A stretch of 64,000 nucleotides of DNA from Takakia lepidozioides (taxonomy: Eukaryota > Plantae > Bryophyta). Where the stretch lies: positions 22,816,001-22,880,000 of the forward strand of contig CM060732.1 of NCBI GenBank assembly GCA_030704615.1. Reading direction: 5' to 3'. The translations under genes and the position numbers were made by a program. The notes under the pieces are model-generated. The model saw only the letters and a program-made list of their open reading frames with translations, was not told where the DNA came from and made no database searches. This document shows, piece by piece, positions 12,474 to 23,524 of the stretch. How positions within the stretch are numbered: position 1 is the first letter of the stretch; each line of letters begins with the position of its first letter.

Positions 12474-14025
12474 GGCTTTACAACAGCAGATAGATGTGTA
12501 CAGGCTCAGAGAAGAGCAGACTCTCAGGGGTGCCACAAGCAACTTGGTGGATAACCACCTTATGCAGGTCTGGTTAGCACAAGGGCCGGTGGAGGGCAAA
12601 GCACCACGAAAGCTCACCCAAAGCGAGATGAATGAGCTCAGACTGCAAGTGCAGAACATTGCCACAACTACTATAGACAATGTCTATAGTAGAATAGCGG
12701 AGCTACAAGCGGATGTAGACGGCCTGCAGACTCGGGTAGAGGACCTGACATCAAATATTGACAAGAGAGTCTTTGTACCTGAGGAGCAACTGATGGCTTC
12801 TTATTTACAAGCCAGAACTTTGGCTTTTCAGTCTTCTTCGCAGGGGGTGCAGGAGATGCCAATGGTACAAGAGCCAGTGCCACCAACACCACAACAAGTC
12901 ACTATGCCAGTAGCTGACCCTGTTGTTACTACAACCACACCACAGCCACCACAGCCTGAGGTATGGGGGAATGTTGCTTTTAACCCACCTAAAACTCCTG
13001 CTGCACGGGAGTACAGTCGGGCTATGATTATGCCCTTCAACCAAATTCCAATTGTGTTGGATTTGGCTTGGAAGGAATTTAGTCCTCCGCAGTCGTTGGC
13101 ACATTACTATCAAATCATGCGCATTTGGCTGCCAGTGGCAACTAGGACTAAAGTTCTTCCGAACAATTGACCAATTGAGGATCATCACTTTGCGCAGTAC
13201 TGGCATGAGGCAAGTACCATGTTGAAGGAATTAATTGCCTTCCAAGTTGTATAGGGATTCATTTATACCAAGACCAAGGAGGTAGCAAGTATTGTCATGG
13301 GCTGCGGGTTATACTACGCTGCTTGTTTTCTGGCACGTTATCACATTGAGCAGCAGAAGATGCAATCGCGCTTTCTGAGTTATTCCAGTGGGGATCATTG
13401 GGTCTTACCTTCAGTGCCACCTCATATGTACCTATATGAGGCAAAAGTTATGATGCAAAAGGATTCTCAGATTCGTTCATGGTTTCATGCGGCCTGGAAC
13501 AATTTGTCAACATAGAAATTCGGCCCTGACGATATTTTCTTTAAGGGACATGAGGCATGGAAATACTTGCACAATTCACGAGTCATTGGTACCCCACTCA
13601 CCTGGACAGACAAGGAGCTCAGGGTCTTCACCAATTTTGCCATTCAGCGCTTACAGCAAGTTTTGGAGTTTAAACTTCCAGACATGGTGGGACAACATTG
13701 TATGCCCCAGAGGATTCCACAAAAAGTTCGGCCGTTAAAACACCTGAGAGGCGATGAGGATTCTGATACAACTGTTTCTTCAGCGGACTCTTTTGACATG
13801 GCAGAGGACTATGCAATTCAGATGGCAGAGAAGAAGCGACGGGGGTCTCCTATGCCTGAAAGATTACCTCGATATCAGCCTCCAGAGGGCCTGACATATC
13901 CAGGTAGTGTTCAATCATCTCCGTCAACTAGTGACAGACCTCGGGCTCGCACACAGAGTCCTTCACGAGACTCTCAACGTCAGAAGGGTGCTCGCTCACA
14001 AAGGTTTGCTAATCCCAAACAGTAA
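12474..14025 (+). pseudogene. LTR-B 3' accessory ORF, C-terminal half (stops at 13168, 13250, 13513)
   Basis: Nearly identical protein to 33429-31903 (-). Confidence 0.8.
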
Positions 14026-14064
14026 ACCGTGAGGACACGGCTTTTTGAGAGGGGGAGGGGTAAA

Positions 14065-14980
14065 TGTTAGAAGGTTGCTTGGGACTTAGACACTTTTACG
14101 GGATCTGTGGGGTACCCTTAATTTTTGCACAGACTGAGACCAACAGGAGCCTTAGGGGTGACAGTAGCGCACTTTAGGGGGGGGTTACACAGCCCGTCAC
14201 AGTCCAATACAGCCGACACAGCCAGACACAGCCGTCACAGCCAATCACAGCCCGACACAGCCGCCACAGCTTTGCACAGCCCTACACAGCCCGACACAGC
14301 CAGTCATAGTCCGCCACAACCTTACACAACCAGTCACAGCTTCGCACAGCTGGGGAACAGTTGTCAATGGCAGGGAACGATTGTGAGGGAATGATATCTG
14401 CAAAATGAACGTGTACCACAGGGATGACGGTTAGTTAGGAAAGCGGTTAGAACAGCTTGTAGGGGGATAAAGTCAAGAACGGGGACTGCTGGGGGATCAC
14501 TTCTGGAAGGACTTCGGGGGGGGGATCACGACTTGGAAATGAAGCGGAGAGCGCATCTCTGAGCAGAAAGAGGGAGAGCACGGAGTAGGAGGAAAACGAT
14601 TTGTTGATACTAACAAGAAGTAGAGTTGTAATGTAGAGCAGAATAGAGACACCATGGCTTCAGCCTGATACTTGATAGATATTAATCTGATACATACATC
14701 ATACTCACACTATGTAGAGAGACCTGAGTGAAGCTGTGGAATGAATGGATGAAACTTGATAGATTTCTGAAGCAAACTGATACTTAATTGCAGATAGTAA
14801 GGTAACTCGCTAACATGAATGCGGGAAGGAGTACAAATAGGAAACACCCCCATGATACACTAGCTGTAGGTCATGACTGATTGTTCTGAGCGGGCTCAGT
14901 GCTTAGAGATTTCCAACTATTCTATCTTGGAGTTCCCACCTCGGATAGCGAAGGGATGGGTGAGTAAAAGCCGCGCGACA
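14065..14980 (+). repeat. LTR-B 3' LTR; PPT at 14047-14064
   Basis: GAGAGGGGGAGGGGTAAA|TGTTAG...CCGCGCGACA. Confidence 0.9.
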
Positions 14981-16295
14981 GATCCCCACTGGAATAACTC
15001 AGAAATCGCGATTGCATTTTCTGCTGCTCAATGTGATAACGTGCCAGAAAACAAGCAGCATAGTATAACCCGCAGCCCATGACAATATTTGCTACCTCCT
15101 TGGTCTTGGTATAAATGTACCCATGTACAACTTGGAAGGCAATTAATTCCTTCAACATGGTGCTTGCTTCATGCCAGTACCTCGCAAAGTGATGATCCTC
15201 AATGGGTCGATTGTTCGGAAGAACCTTAGTCCTAGTTGCCACTGGCAACCAAATGCGCATGATCTGGTAGTAATGTGCCAACGACTGTGGAGGACTAAAT
15301 TCCTTCCAAGCCAAATCCAACACAATTGGAATTTGGTTGAAGGGCATAATCATAGCCCGACTGTATTCCCGTGCAGAAGGAGTTTTAGGTGGGTTAAAAG
15401 CAGCATCCCCCCATACCTCAGGCTGTGTCGGACTGTGACGGGCTATGTTGGCTGTGCGAAGCTGTGTCGGACTGTGTTGGCTTTGACGGGCTGTGATGGC
15501 TGTGTCGGGCTGTGTCGGACTGTGACGGGCTGTGTTGGCCGTTCGAAGCTGTGACGGCTGTGTTGGCTGTGACGGGCTGTGTTGGACTGTGACGAGCTGT
15601 GATGGACTGTGTCGGGCTGTGTATCTCCCCCCCTAAAGCCTGTTGTTGTCACCCCTAAGGCTCTTGTTGGTCTCAGTCTGTGTAAAAATTAATGATACCC
15701 CACAGATCCCGTAAAAGCGTCTAAGTCCCAAGCAACCCTCTAACATTTACCCCTCCTCCTCTCAAAAAGCCGTGTCCTCACGGTTTAGTGTTTGGGATTA
15801 GCAAACCGTTGTGAGCGAACCCCCTTCTAACGGTGAGAGTCTTGTGAAGTACTCTGTGTGCGATCCCGAGGTCTGTCACTGGTTGACGGAGATGATTGAG
15901 CACTACCTGGAAAAGTTAGTCCCTCCTTTGGCTGATATCGAGGTAATCTCTCAGGCATAGGAGACCCCCGTCGCTTCTTCTCTGCCATCTGAATTGCATA
16001 GTCCTCTGCCATGTCAAAAGAGTTCGCTGAAGAATCAGTAGTATCAGAATCCTCATCGCCTCTCAGCTGTTTTAACGGCCGAACTTTTTGTGGAATCCTC
16101 TGGGGCATACAATGTGGTCCTACCATGTCTGGAAGTTTAAACTGTAAAACTTGTTGTAAGCGCTGAATTGAAAAATTGGTGAAGACCCTGAACTCCTTGT
16201 CTGTCCAGGTGAGTGATGTACCAATGACTTGTGAATTGTGCAAGTTTTTCCATGCCTCATGGCCCTTAAAGAAAATATCGTCAGGCCCAAATTTC
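14981..16295 (-). mobile_element. Rearranged LTR-B fragments: accessory ORF pieces (14981-15420, 15786-16295) and partial 3' LTR (15421-15745) with PPT
   Basis: ORF peptides match the 12474-14025 copy. The LTR is joined to the ORF through GGCTGTG microhomology at ~15421. Confidence 0.8.
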
Positions 16296-18886
16296 GAGGT
16301 TTACTATTTCATGAGCAGAAACCATGAGCCATGAGCCATGAGCCGCATGAGCCGCATGAGCGGTGAGCCGAAGTCTAAGATACGCGGATTTCATGAGCGG
16401 ACTCCTCCAAATTTGGAAATGCGGCAGATTAAACAAGTATTAAAATAATAGTTTTTTATTTGACCTTGCCGTTTTTGGACGTTCCAGATCATGTAATGCG
16501 GCGAAGATATGTCGTCAGTAACAAGTCCGCTCATGGTTTTTTAGATCCGCTCATGGAAATAAGTGACCGTGCAACGGGAAATCCAGTATACCACTGCAAA
16601 AGGACGTCGCATACTGGCCTGTATAGAGTATTCCGCGGTTTTACATGCCTTAACATTGGAATGAAGCTGACCCTTTTGCCGCGATTGAACCAATGGAGTC
16701 TGCACCAATACAGTCTGCAGTACTTCACAATTCTGTCTTCTTCGGGTATTCGGTGGGAAAGGTTTGCAACTGAACTGGGAAATAAGGTGCCGCATTAGGG
16801 TTCGCACGTGCGAAATTTCGGAGCGGTTTGGTGTTGGCGAAGGCCGCCTCTACCAGTACCTACGACGATACTTGGAAATGCGGCGCCGCATTTCCTTGTC
16901 GGAGGTCGAATGAGGAAAGCAAGTTTTCGGAAAGCAGAAAAACATGAACCCTCCAACATACAAAAATACATGCACGTGGAAACAAGTGAACGATATAGTA
17001 ATATCTTAGTTCGAGCAAAACAGGTTACTGGTAGGCAAGACATATGTCGGACCTTTGTGTGGCCAGAGTCTGAGGTACTGGCAGCAGTACAGTTCTACTA
17101 TCCGAAAAGGATGGGCGTACCATTGTATGTGGACCGCAAGCCAAGCTCACTGGTCCCCTGGATCCATATTCAGAAGAGTGTGAACCTCCTGGGGGCTCAA
17201 CCCTGGTGCATGTATGAAGTGATGAGTTGTGGAATTACAACGGAGTCTCTTTAGGTACACGTAGTACAAATGCTTGCAAGGGCAGTATGATGCCCCCTTG
17301 TTCGCCATGATCTGGAAGTCGGTGCAATTGCAGGTGGGTAATTCTGAAATGGTGATGGTGTACACCTCATTGCGAACAGCTGAGCCCGCCGTGGCCATCT
17401 GATACACACGCCCGAATCCTGGTGGGGGCACTTCTGTCGAGCTCTGGATTGTACAGTTCATCCGAAGTGCATTCCCCATCCTTGTCTCGTTCACTTTTGA
17501 GGGAGGTCGCCGCCTCTTCGGTTTCCCCCAACGGTGTGTAAGATGCTTAGAGCTGTCGTGTCCCATTGTTCTTGCTCTCACAGGGGTCGGTGGTGGAGGC
17601 TGTGGAAGCGGAAATGGTTGTCTGGGGACGTCAGTGCGCTGCACCATCCGAAATCCTGCGGCGGTAAGGGCGTCGGTCTCAACCTGACTCAGATCGCAGC
17701 CTGGTTCCACCGGCCACACCGGGGGAGCCTCTGGCATTGTTTGTATGCCGTACTTGGGCTTTCCATACACGCAAGTCACAATGTCGTGCCTGCAGAACCA
17801 GAACTGGGTGGTTGTCGCCTCCGCAAACTTTGCATGGACAAATCTTCCTGTAAAAGTAGGAGCAGGGACAGCCCCATCTGGATTCCTCCTTATCATCTCT
17901 AAACAACGTTGCCGTGTATCCACACGAATTGCGGAACACCTTCCTCGAAACGACGGCTTTGTGCGAGCAATTCTCCACTGTGATGCAGACACAGTCGTCT
18001 CCACAATGGCTTGGCCATACTGCATAACAGCGGGCGGAATGTGGGGCAAGGGAGCGGTGGGAATTTGTTGCACGAAATCCCCGGTTGAAGGCGACGGCGA
18101 TCTGGAATTTCTTGGGCTTCCACTGCTGGAAGACACATTGTGCGGCAACATGACGGGACCTCGAGGTGCTGTCCGAATGTTCCTGTCGGATCTCCAGGAA
18201 TCCTCTTCGCACCTGGGTTCCTCTTCAATCCTCCGCCTGACAGGGCGAGTCCGGACGTCCCCTTCTAGATGTTCACCTCTGCGGTGCAGAGGCGTCCCTT
18301 TGATCTTCTCTCGCAATGCTGTCGCCCATTTCACTGGATTCTTGGACCTCGAAGCTGTTCGTACCAACAATTCCTCCCTGTCCGGCCCAAAGCCCCATTG
18401 TTTGCCGCTCAGGAACTTGTAGTACGTGGCTTGCTGCATGATTGCTCTGTCGATGTCCTCCGTTGTGGCCGTGACTACGTCCACCAGATGTGCGGCAGAA
18501 GACGCTCGCCAGGAGGAGTGGACCGATTCTGCCATATTCGTGTTCGGCATGTCCGTGTCGGAATCCAAGCACCGCTCCTAGAAGGACACAAACAATGGTG
18601 AGGGACCAATCGAAATGTCCGTAACAGAAAGACAAATGAACGAAATTGACAGCAGCCTACCTCCCGCATGTACTGTCCGAACTGTCGATACCGAAAATGC
18701 CACCACCCCAACCAGCTGTGCAATGCTCCCAGATTGGTTGTCTCCACTGCACCTGACGTGTTCCACCAAGCCTCGATGATAGCAAACTTAACCTCCGCGT
18801 CATCAAATGTGGGTGCATCCTTCCACGCCGTACAAAGGACACGGTGTTCAGCCTGGAATGAGCTAGCAACAAATTTGGTAGTGTAG
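16296..18886 (-). mobile_element. MULE subfamily 1, truncated copy (TIR plus transposase 3' half, 17147-18886)
   Basis: Starts GAGGTTTACTATTTCATGAGC. ORF has MPNTNMAESVHSSW (catalytic E region) and SWIM CNCTDF..CPCKH. Near-identical to 51874-54460. Confidence 0.9.
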
Positions 18887-19892
18887 AGTCTGAACTCTCC
18901 GTTGGCTCTGCCACATCCTCTCCTCCTTCTTCACCTTCCGCTTCAGAAACTGGAGTTCCTGCTTTTGGTGTTCCATGCCAACTCTTATCAAAGATTTTTG
19001 TCAAATCTTTTATCCAAGGATGTACCTCAGATCTTTCACCTCGTGATTGATCTTCTTCCCGTACCAATTCCCTTAATCTTTCTTGCAAAGAAAAAGAAGG
19101 AGTGGCATCCAACTCTAGTTCTTCCGGTATGGGTGATGTACTCCCTGATCTTAATTGTGTGAGAGGTCCAGATGATTCCCCTATGTCTATTCCTCTCTCC
19201 CAAAGATATAGATAATTAGCGTTCAGATAGATTTCTCTTTTTGCTGAATATCTCTGGAGTCTAGCTTCTCTTTCATCACTCATGTCCCATGTCTTTCATT
19301 TCTTTTAATGTGGCAATAACCAAAACTCTCTTCTGTAATATCTCTCGTATATGCCTGGGTTTCTTTCAAGCTTCAATGCACCCTTGGCTATACTAGAAGT
19401 CTCCGTTACCATATAACCATATGGCAAACAAGTCTGGAAAGTTGTTCTTGGTGTGAGTTTGATCCACAAAATATCCTTTGGAATCCAATTCTTTACCAGT
19501 ACAAGCTCTTCATGCATATGAGTATAAACATTCACCTTCCTTTCCTCCTAGCCTTCAAACTCTACTCGCTTAATGGATAGCAATGCTATCACATAAACCA
19601 GTGTTGGTAACCAACGTGCTCTTCCTCTACAGGCCACCTGATAAATCTTTATCACTCCTTTCTCCAGACCCCATTCAGGGTCAGCATCATGCACTCTTTT
19701 AAGAATGTTTTCTTCACAACCGTTTGGCAATTCCAATAACCTCTGAAAGAATCGTTTGGACAATCTTTCCTTCTCAGTTTCACAGGGAATTTGATTCACA
19801 TCAAATTCTTTAATTCTCCAACCACTATGATCCCACCAGATGCCTGTCACATCTGGTTGTTCATGACCCAGTTCCCCAGTATGGTCGCCAAA
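18887..19892 (-). mobile_element. LTR-B 5' internal region: PBS (19873-19890) and 5' ORF remnants
   Basis: After the LTR end CGACA comes TT-TGGCGACCATACTGGGGA, resembling a tRNA-Arg-type PBS. Broken ORFs follow (19548, 19305, 19283 MSDEREARLQ). Confidence 0.7.
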
Positions 19893-20761
19893 TGTCGAGC
19901 GACTTTTACTCACCCATCCCTTCGCTATCCGAGGGGGGAACTCCAAGATAGAAGAGTTGGAAATCTCTAAGCACTTAGCCCGCTCAGAACAATCAGTCAT
20001 GACCTACAACTAGTGTATCATGGGGGTGTTTCCTATTTGTACTCCTTCCCGCATTCATGTTAGTAAGTTACCTTACTATCTGCGATTAAGTATCAGTTTG
20101 CTTCATAAATCTATCAAGTTCCATCCTTTCATTCCACAGCTTCTCTCAGGTCTCTCTACACAGTGTGAGTATGAAGTATGTATCAGATTAATACCTATCA
20201 AGTATCAGGCTGAAGCCATGGTGTCTCTAATCTACTCTACATTACAATTCTACAGCTTGCATTCATCAAGTAACAACAGATCGTCACTTCTCCTACTCCG
20301 GGGGGCTGCTATTTCATGAGCCATGAGCCATGAGCGGCATGAGCCATGAGCAGAGTCGTAAGTGTGAAAAAAAACATGAGCAGGCTATTTTCCGGAAATA
20401 TGTGTCCGCGGGAATAGGGTTAAGGGTGCCACGGTCATAGGAGGAGAAGGACCTCCCGATGAAGGAGGTTCGGCAATGTTTTTTAGAATTATATATTGAA
20501 TGGCAATGTTTCGCGAATGGTAGGGTGGTACTGCTCTGTACAATGGGGGCCCATTTCAGCCTAACAGCCACTTGCAAAATCCTCCCACACTCCCAATCCC
20601 AAACGAAATGAGCAATGACGCATTCTGGGAACGATGGACACAGAATAGAATAAAAAGAGGGCACAATGAGGTTTTTATTGATCCACATGAATTGAATTTG
20701 AAGCACGTCTACTGTGCTGATTGTGCAAAGAAATCGTTAGCCCTGTGCCACTGAATACAAG

Positions 20762-21643
20762 TCACGTTGTCAATGGGACTTCGACTGCTCTCAGAACTAG
20801 CTCATGAGTCTTCGGGCTTCTCCAGGTAAAGTTGATTGCAGCCGTTGTACCGCCCCTGTTGATGTTCACCACAATGTCCTGCCCTTCAATCATACCACCA
20901 TCGTACATGGAAAGCTTCACATTTTTGTCCTCCACACCAATGCAAATGTCCCCATACAATGGAGAAGATGATCGCACTCCTTCAGGAGTATAAGTCTCTC
21001 CGATGGAGTCCACCCACGTCCACTGGCAGCAGTTCCACTGCAACAGCATAGTAGTGCGCATTCTTCTGCATGGGTGCCCGTCGTAGCTGGGAAAATCGGA
21101 ATCAAGGATGCGCAGGAGCCACAGACTCCTCAGACCAAGATCGTCACCCCGCTCGAAGGCGTACTGGCCTGGGAGATACTCAAAAGCGGACAATGTTTCC
21201 ACATTTGAACCAGTATCTTCTATGTAATCTGTGTACCAGATAACGATGTCTCCCGATGTGGCCGAATACATTGCATAATCGATGCCTCCATAAGGGCAGT
21301 CGTCCCGGTTCCGGAAGCACGACATCCTTGCAAAGGAGGACCTGAGGACGTCTTTGATGCCGATGACAATGACCTTGCGGACAGCAACGAAGCCCTTAGA
21401 TTTTGGAAATGATGCGAAGCGGAAGAGCAGTCCGGGCTCAAATAATGGAGCATCTGGGTCCCACGCACCCACCGACGGAGGTGTAACGTGTTCATGACGC
21501 CCATACCTCTTTCTCATCCACGGGGTATAGGTTGAGATATGCCACCGAAGTCCATCCCCGGATGGAAATTCGGCGCCGCATTTACATCGAAGGGGGGATG
21601 GACTTTGTCGTGTCGAGTGGCTATCGGCCCACCTGGCAGTCAT
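20762..21643 (-). CDS. Hypothetical cargo protein, 293 aa (paralog of 21870-22448)
   Basis: Open ORF sharing DCPY.G.DYAM, SGDI.(I/V)W, WNCCQWT, YGDI, LSMYDGG.I.G.DIVV and ELVLR..EVP with its neighbour. Confidence 0.7.
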   Translation of the reverse strand: MTARWADSHSTRQSPSPLRCKCGAEFPSGDGLRWHISTYTPWMRKRYGRHEHVTPPSVGAWDPDAPLFEPGLLFRFASFPKSKGFVAVRKVIVIGIKDVLRSSFARMSCFRNRDDCPYGGIDYAMYSATSGDIVIWYTDYIEDTGSNVETLSAFEYLPGQYAFERGDDLGLRSLWLLRILDSDFPSYDGHPCRRMRTTMLLQWNCCQWTWVDSIGETYTPEGVRSSSPLYGDICIGVEDKNVKLSMYDGGMIEGQDIVVNINRGGTTAAINFTWRSPKTHELVLRAVEVPLTT

Positions 21644-21869
21644 TGCCCATAGTTTGCATGGCAGGGTAGGAAACTGAAACGGCTACATTCATGGAGCAGC
21701 CAATCTTCATCCGTCCAGGATCCTGTAGGGGGGAAATTTAAATGTGCCCTGGAGTGTTTGTGAGGAATTGCAGCGTTAGCTTGAACTTTTTCCAGCCACC
21801 GCGCTGCTCCTCCTCCATCCAGAAGCTGCTGTCATTGAGCGTACTCCAGTACTCCGGTACTTTTCAAGG

Positions 21870-22448
21870 ATGCCGTGCCACAGAACTCCAGCCGACTGCC
21901 CTTATCATGGCCACGATTATGCTATGTTCAAACCAGAATCAGGAGACATCATTGTCTGGCTCTCTGTTTTCATAGACGCTGCTGGAATCAAGCAAGAGTC
22001 TTTGCGCGCAATGGAGTATCTGGAGGGCTATTACCGCTTTGAGCGAGGTGAGGGTGAGGGTCAATGCGGTCCGTGGGTCCTGAAAATTGTTGATCTCGAT
22101 ATACCAAGCTGGAAAGGGATGCCGGACAGATCATGCACGGCCTCGCTTTGGCGCTGGAACTGCTGCCAGTGGACTAGGGAGGACGGCACCGGGGAAAACT
22201 ATATACGTGCAGATCACTCCGCTCTTCCAGTGTATGGAGACATTCGGCTGAGTTGCGAAGACGAATCGCACGGGCACATGAGGCCCACAGTGACCTTGTC
22301 AATGTATGATGGTGGTATCATTGATGGACATGACATTGTCGTCGGCTCCAGCAAGGGCAGCAGAACGACCGAATTGCAGTTTACCTCGAGGTGCCGCAGC
22401 AGTAATGAGCTTGTTTTGAGGGGTATCGAAGTTCCGTCGACTTGGTGA
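21870..22448 (+). CDS. Hypothetical cargo protein, 192+ aa (paralog of 20762-21643; 5' end possibly frameshifted)
   Basis: Same conserved blocks as above; head-to-head orientation. Confidence 0.65.
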   Translation: MPCHRTPADCPYHGHDYAMFKPESGDIIVWLSVFIDAAGIKQESLRAMEYLEGYYRFERGEGEGQCGPWVLKIVDLDIPSWKGMPDRSCTASLWRWNCCQWTREDGTGENYIRADHSALPVYGDIRLSCEDESHGHMRPTVTLSMYDGGIIDGHDIVVGSSKGSRTTELQFTSRCRSSNELVLRGIEVPSTW

Positions 22449-22699
22449 AGCCCATGTAGAAGGAGGAAGGGCTTAGTTTTGTCTGCAGTTGGTAAATGTG
22501 AGACATCGTGTCCGATCAATAAACCCATCGTACCTCACTTCTGTGTGATTGTGTTTCATTATGTTGAATAACTGTCGGAATTGGCCCACTGTTTACAATT
22601 TGATGTCTCATTTCTACAATTTGTCTGTCCGGATGAATATACCAGAGTAACCGGTATGAGAGTCATGTGTCAAGAATATACCAGAGTAACGCCATGTCG

Positions 22700-23390
22700 G
22701 ACATTGAAATGCGGCACCAAATTTCCATGTCGGACATTGAAATGCGGTGCCGCATTTCAATGCCGACATGGAAATGTATGAACCGCATTTCAGTGTCGGA
22801 CAATGGAATGCGGTGCATCATTTCCGTCCAGGTACACGAAATACCAACACGGGTCTATAAATTGGACAGACAACGAGGTTGGCATTGCAAATGCGGCGAC
22901 GCATTTCCAACTTGGCAATGGAAACTTCTTTTTGGACAAGGGAATGCGGTGCCGCATTTCCGTCCAACACTTCGAAAAGTGTGACATTTCCGACCAGCGC
23001 GATGGAATGCGTTACCGCATTTCCGTGAGAGGGTCTGCAAATGGACAAATTGCGATGTCCGTTCTGGAAATGCGGCGCCGCATTTCCATGTCCGTCATCG
23101 ACTTTTTTTTTACAATGGAATGCGGTGCCAATTTTTGCTGATGGGCCTGCAGTTCGAACAACGACCATCCCCAATATGGAAATGCGGCACCGCATTTCCA
23201 ATTCCGCCATCTCGACCTCCTTGTTCGACCTCCTTGTTCGACCTCTGTAAGCGTGGTGGCATCCATGCAATGAGCGGGAGAGGCCAAAACTGGCGTGTGG
23301 ACAAAGGAAATTTTGGAAATGCAGCACCGCATTTCCAAAAGAGGTTTTTAGAGTTGCCAAAATTTTGGAAATGCGGTGCCCCATTTCTGA
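22700..23390. repeat. Cluster of GGAAATGCGGYRCCGCATTTCC palindromes (irregular spacing)
   Basis: About a dozen degenerate copies between the cargo ORFs and the 3' end of the ParB-MTase gene. Confidence 0.85.
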
Positions 23391-23524
23391 TTTTGGGAGC
23401 GTCGTGGTTTGGGCGATTGTGTGGCTGGAATGCACACTGGAGAGGGGTCACAAATGTCGGGGAGATTTTCCTTTATATACTCTGGAAGAGAATTTACATT
23501 TACAGAGACTTCATTAAAATTCTA

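Noticed and set aside
21500-21590. C2H2 zinc finger CKCGAEFPSGDGLRWH in the cargo ORF
   Set aside because: CxC spacing is atypical, the KCGAEFP part is encoded by a copy of the palindrome, and it is absent from the paralog; may be coincidental.
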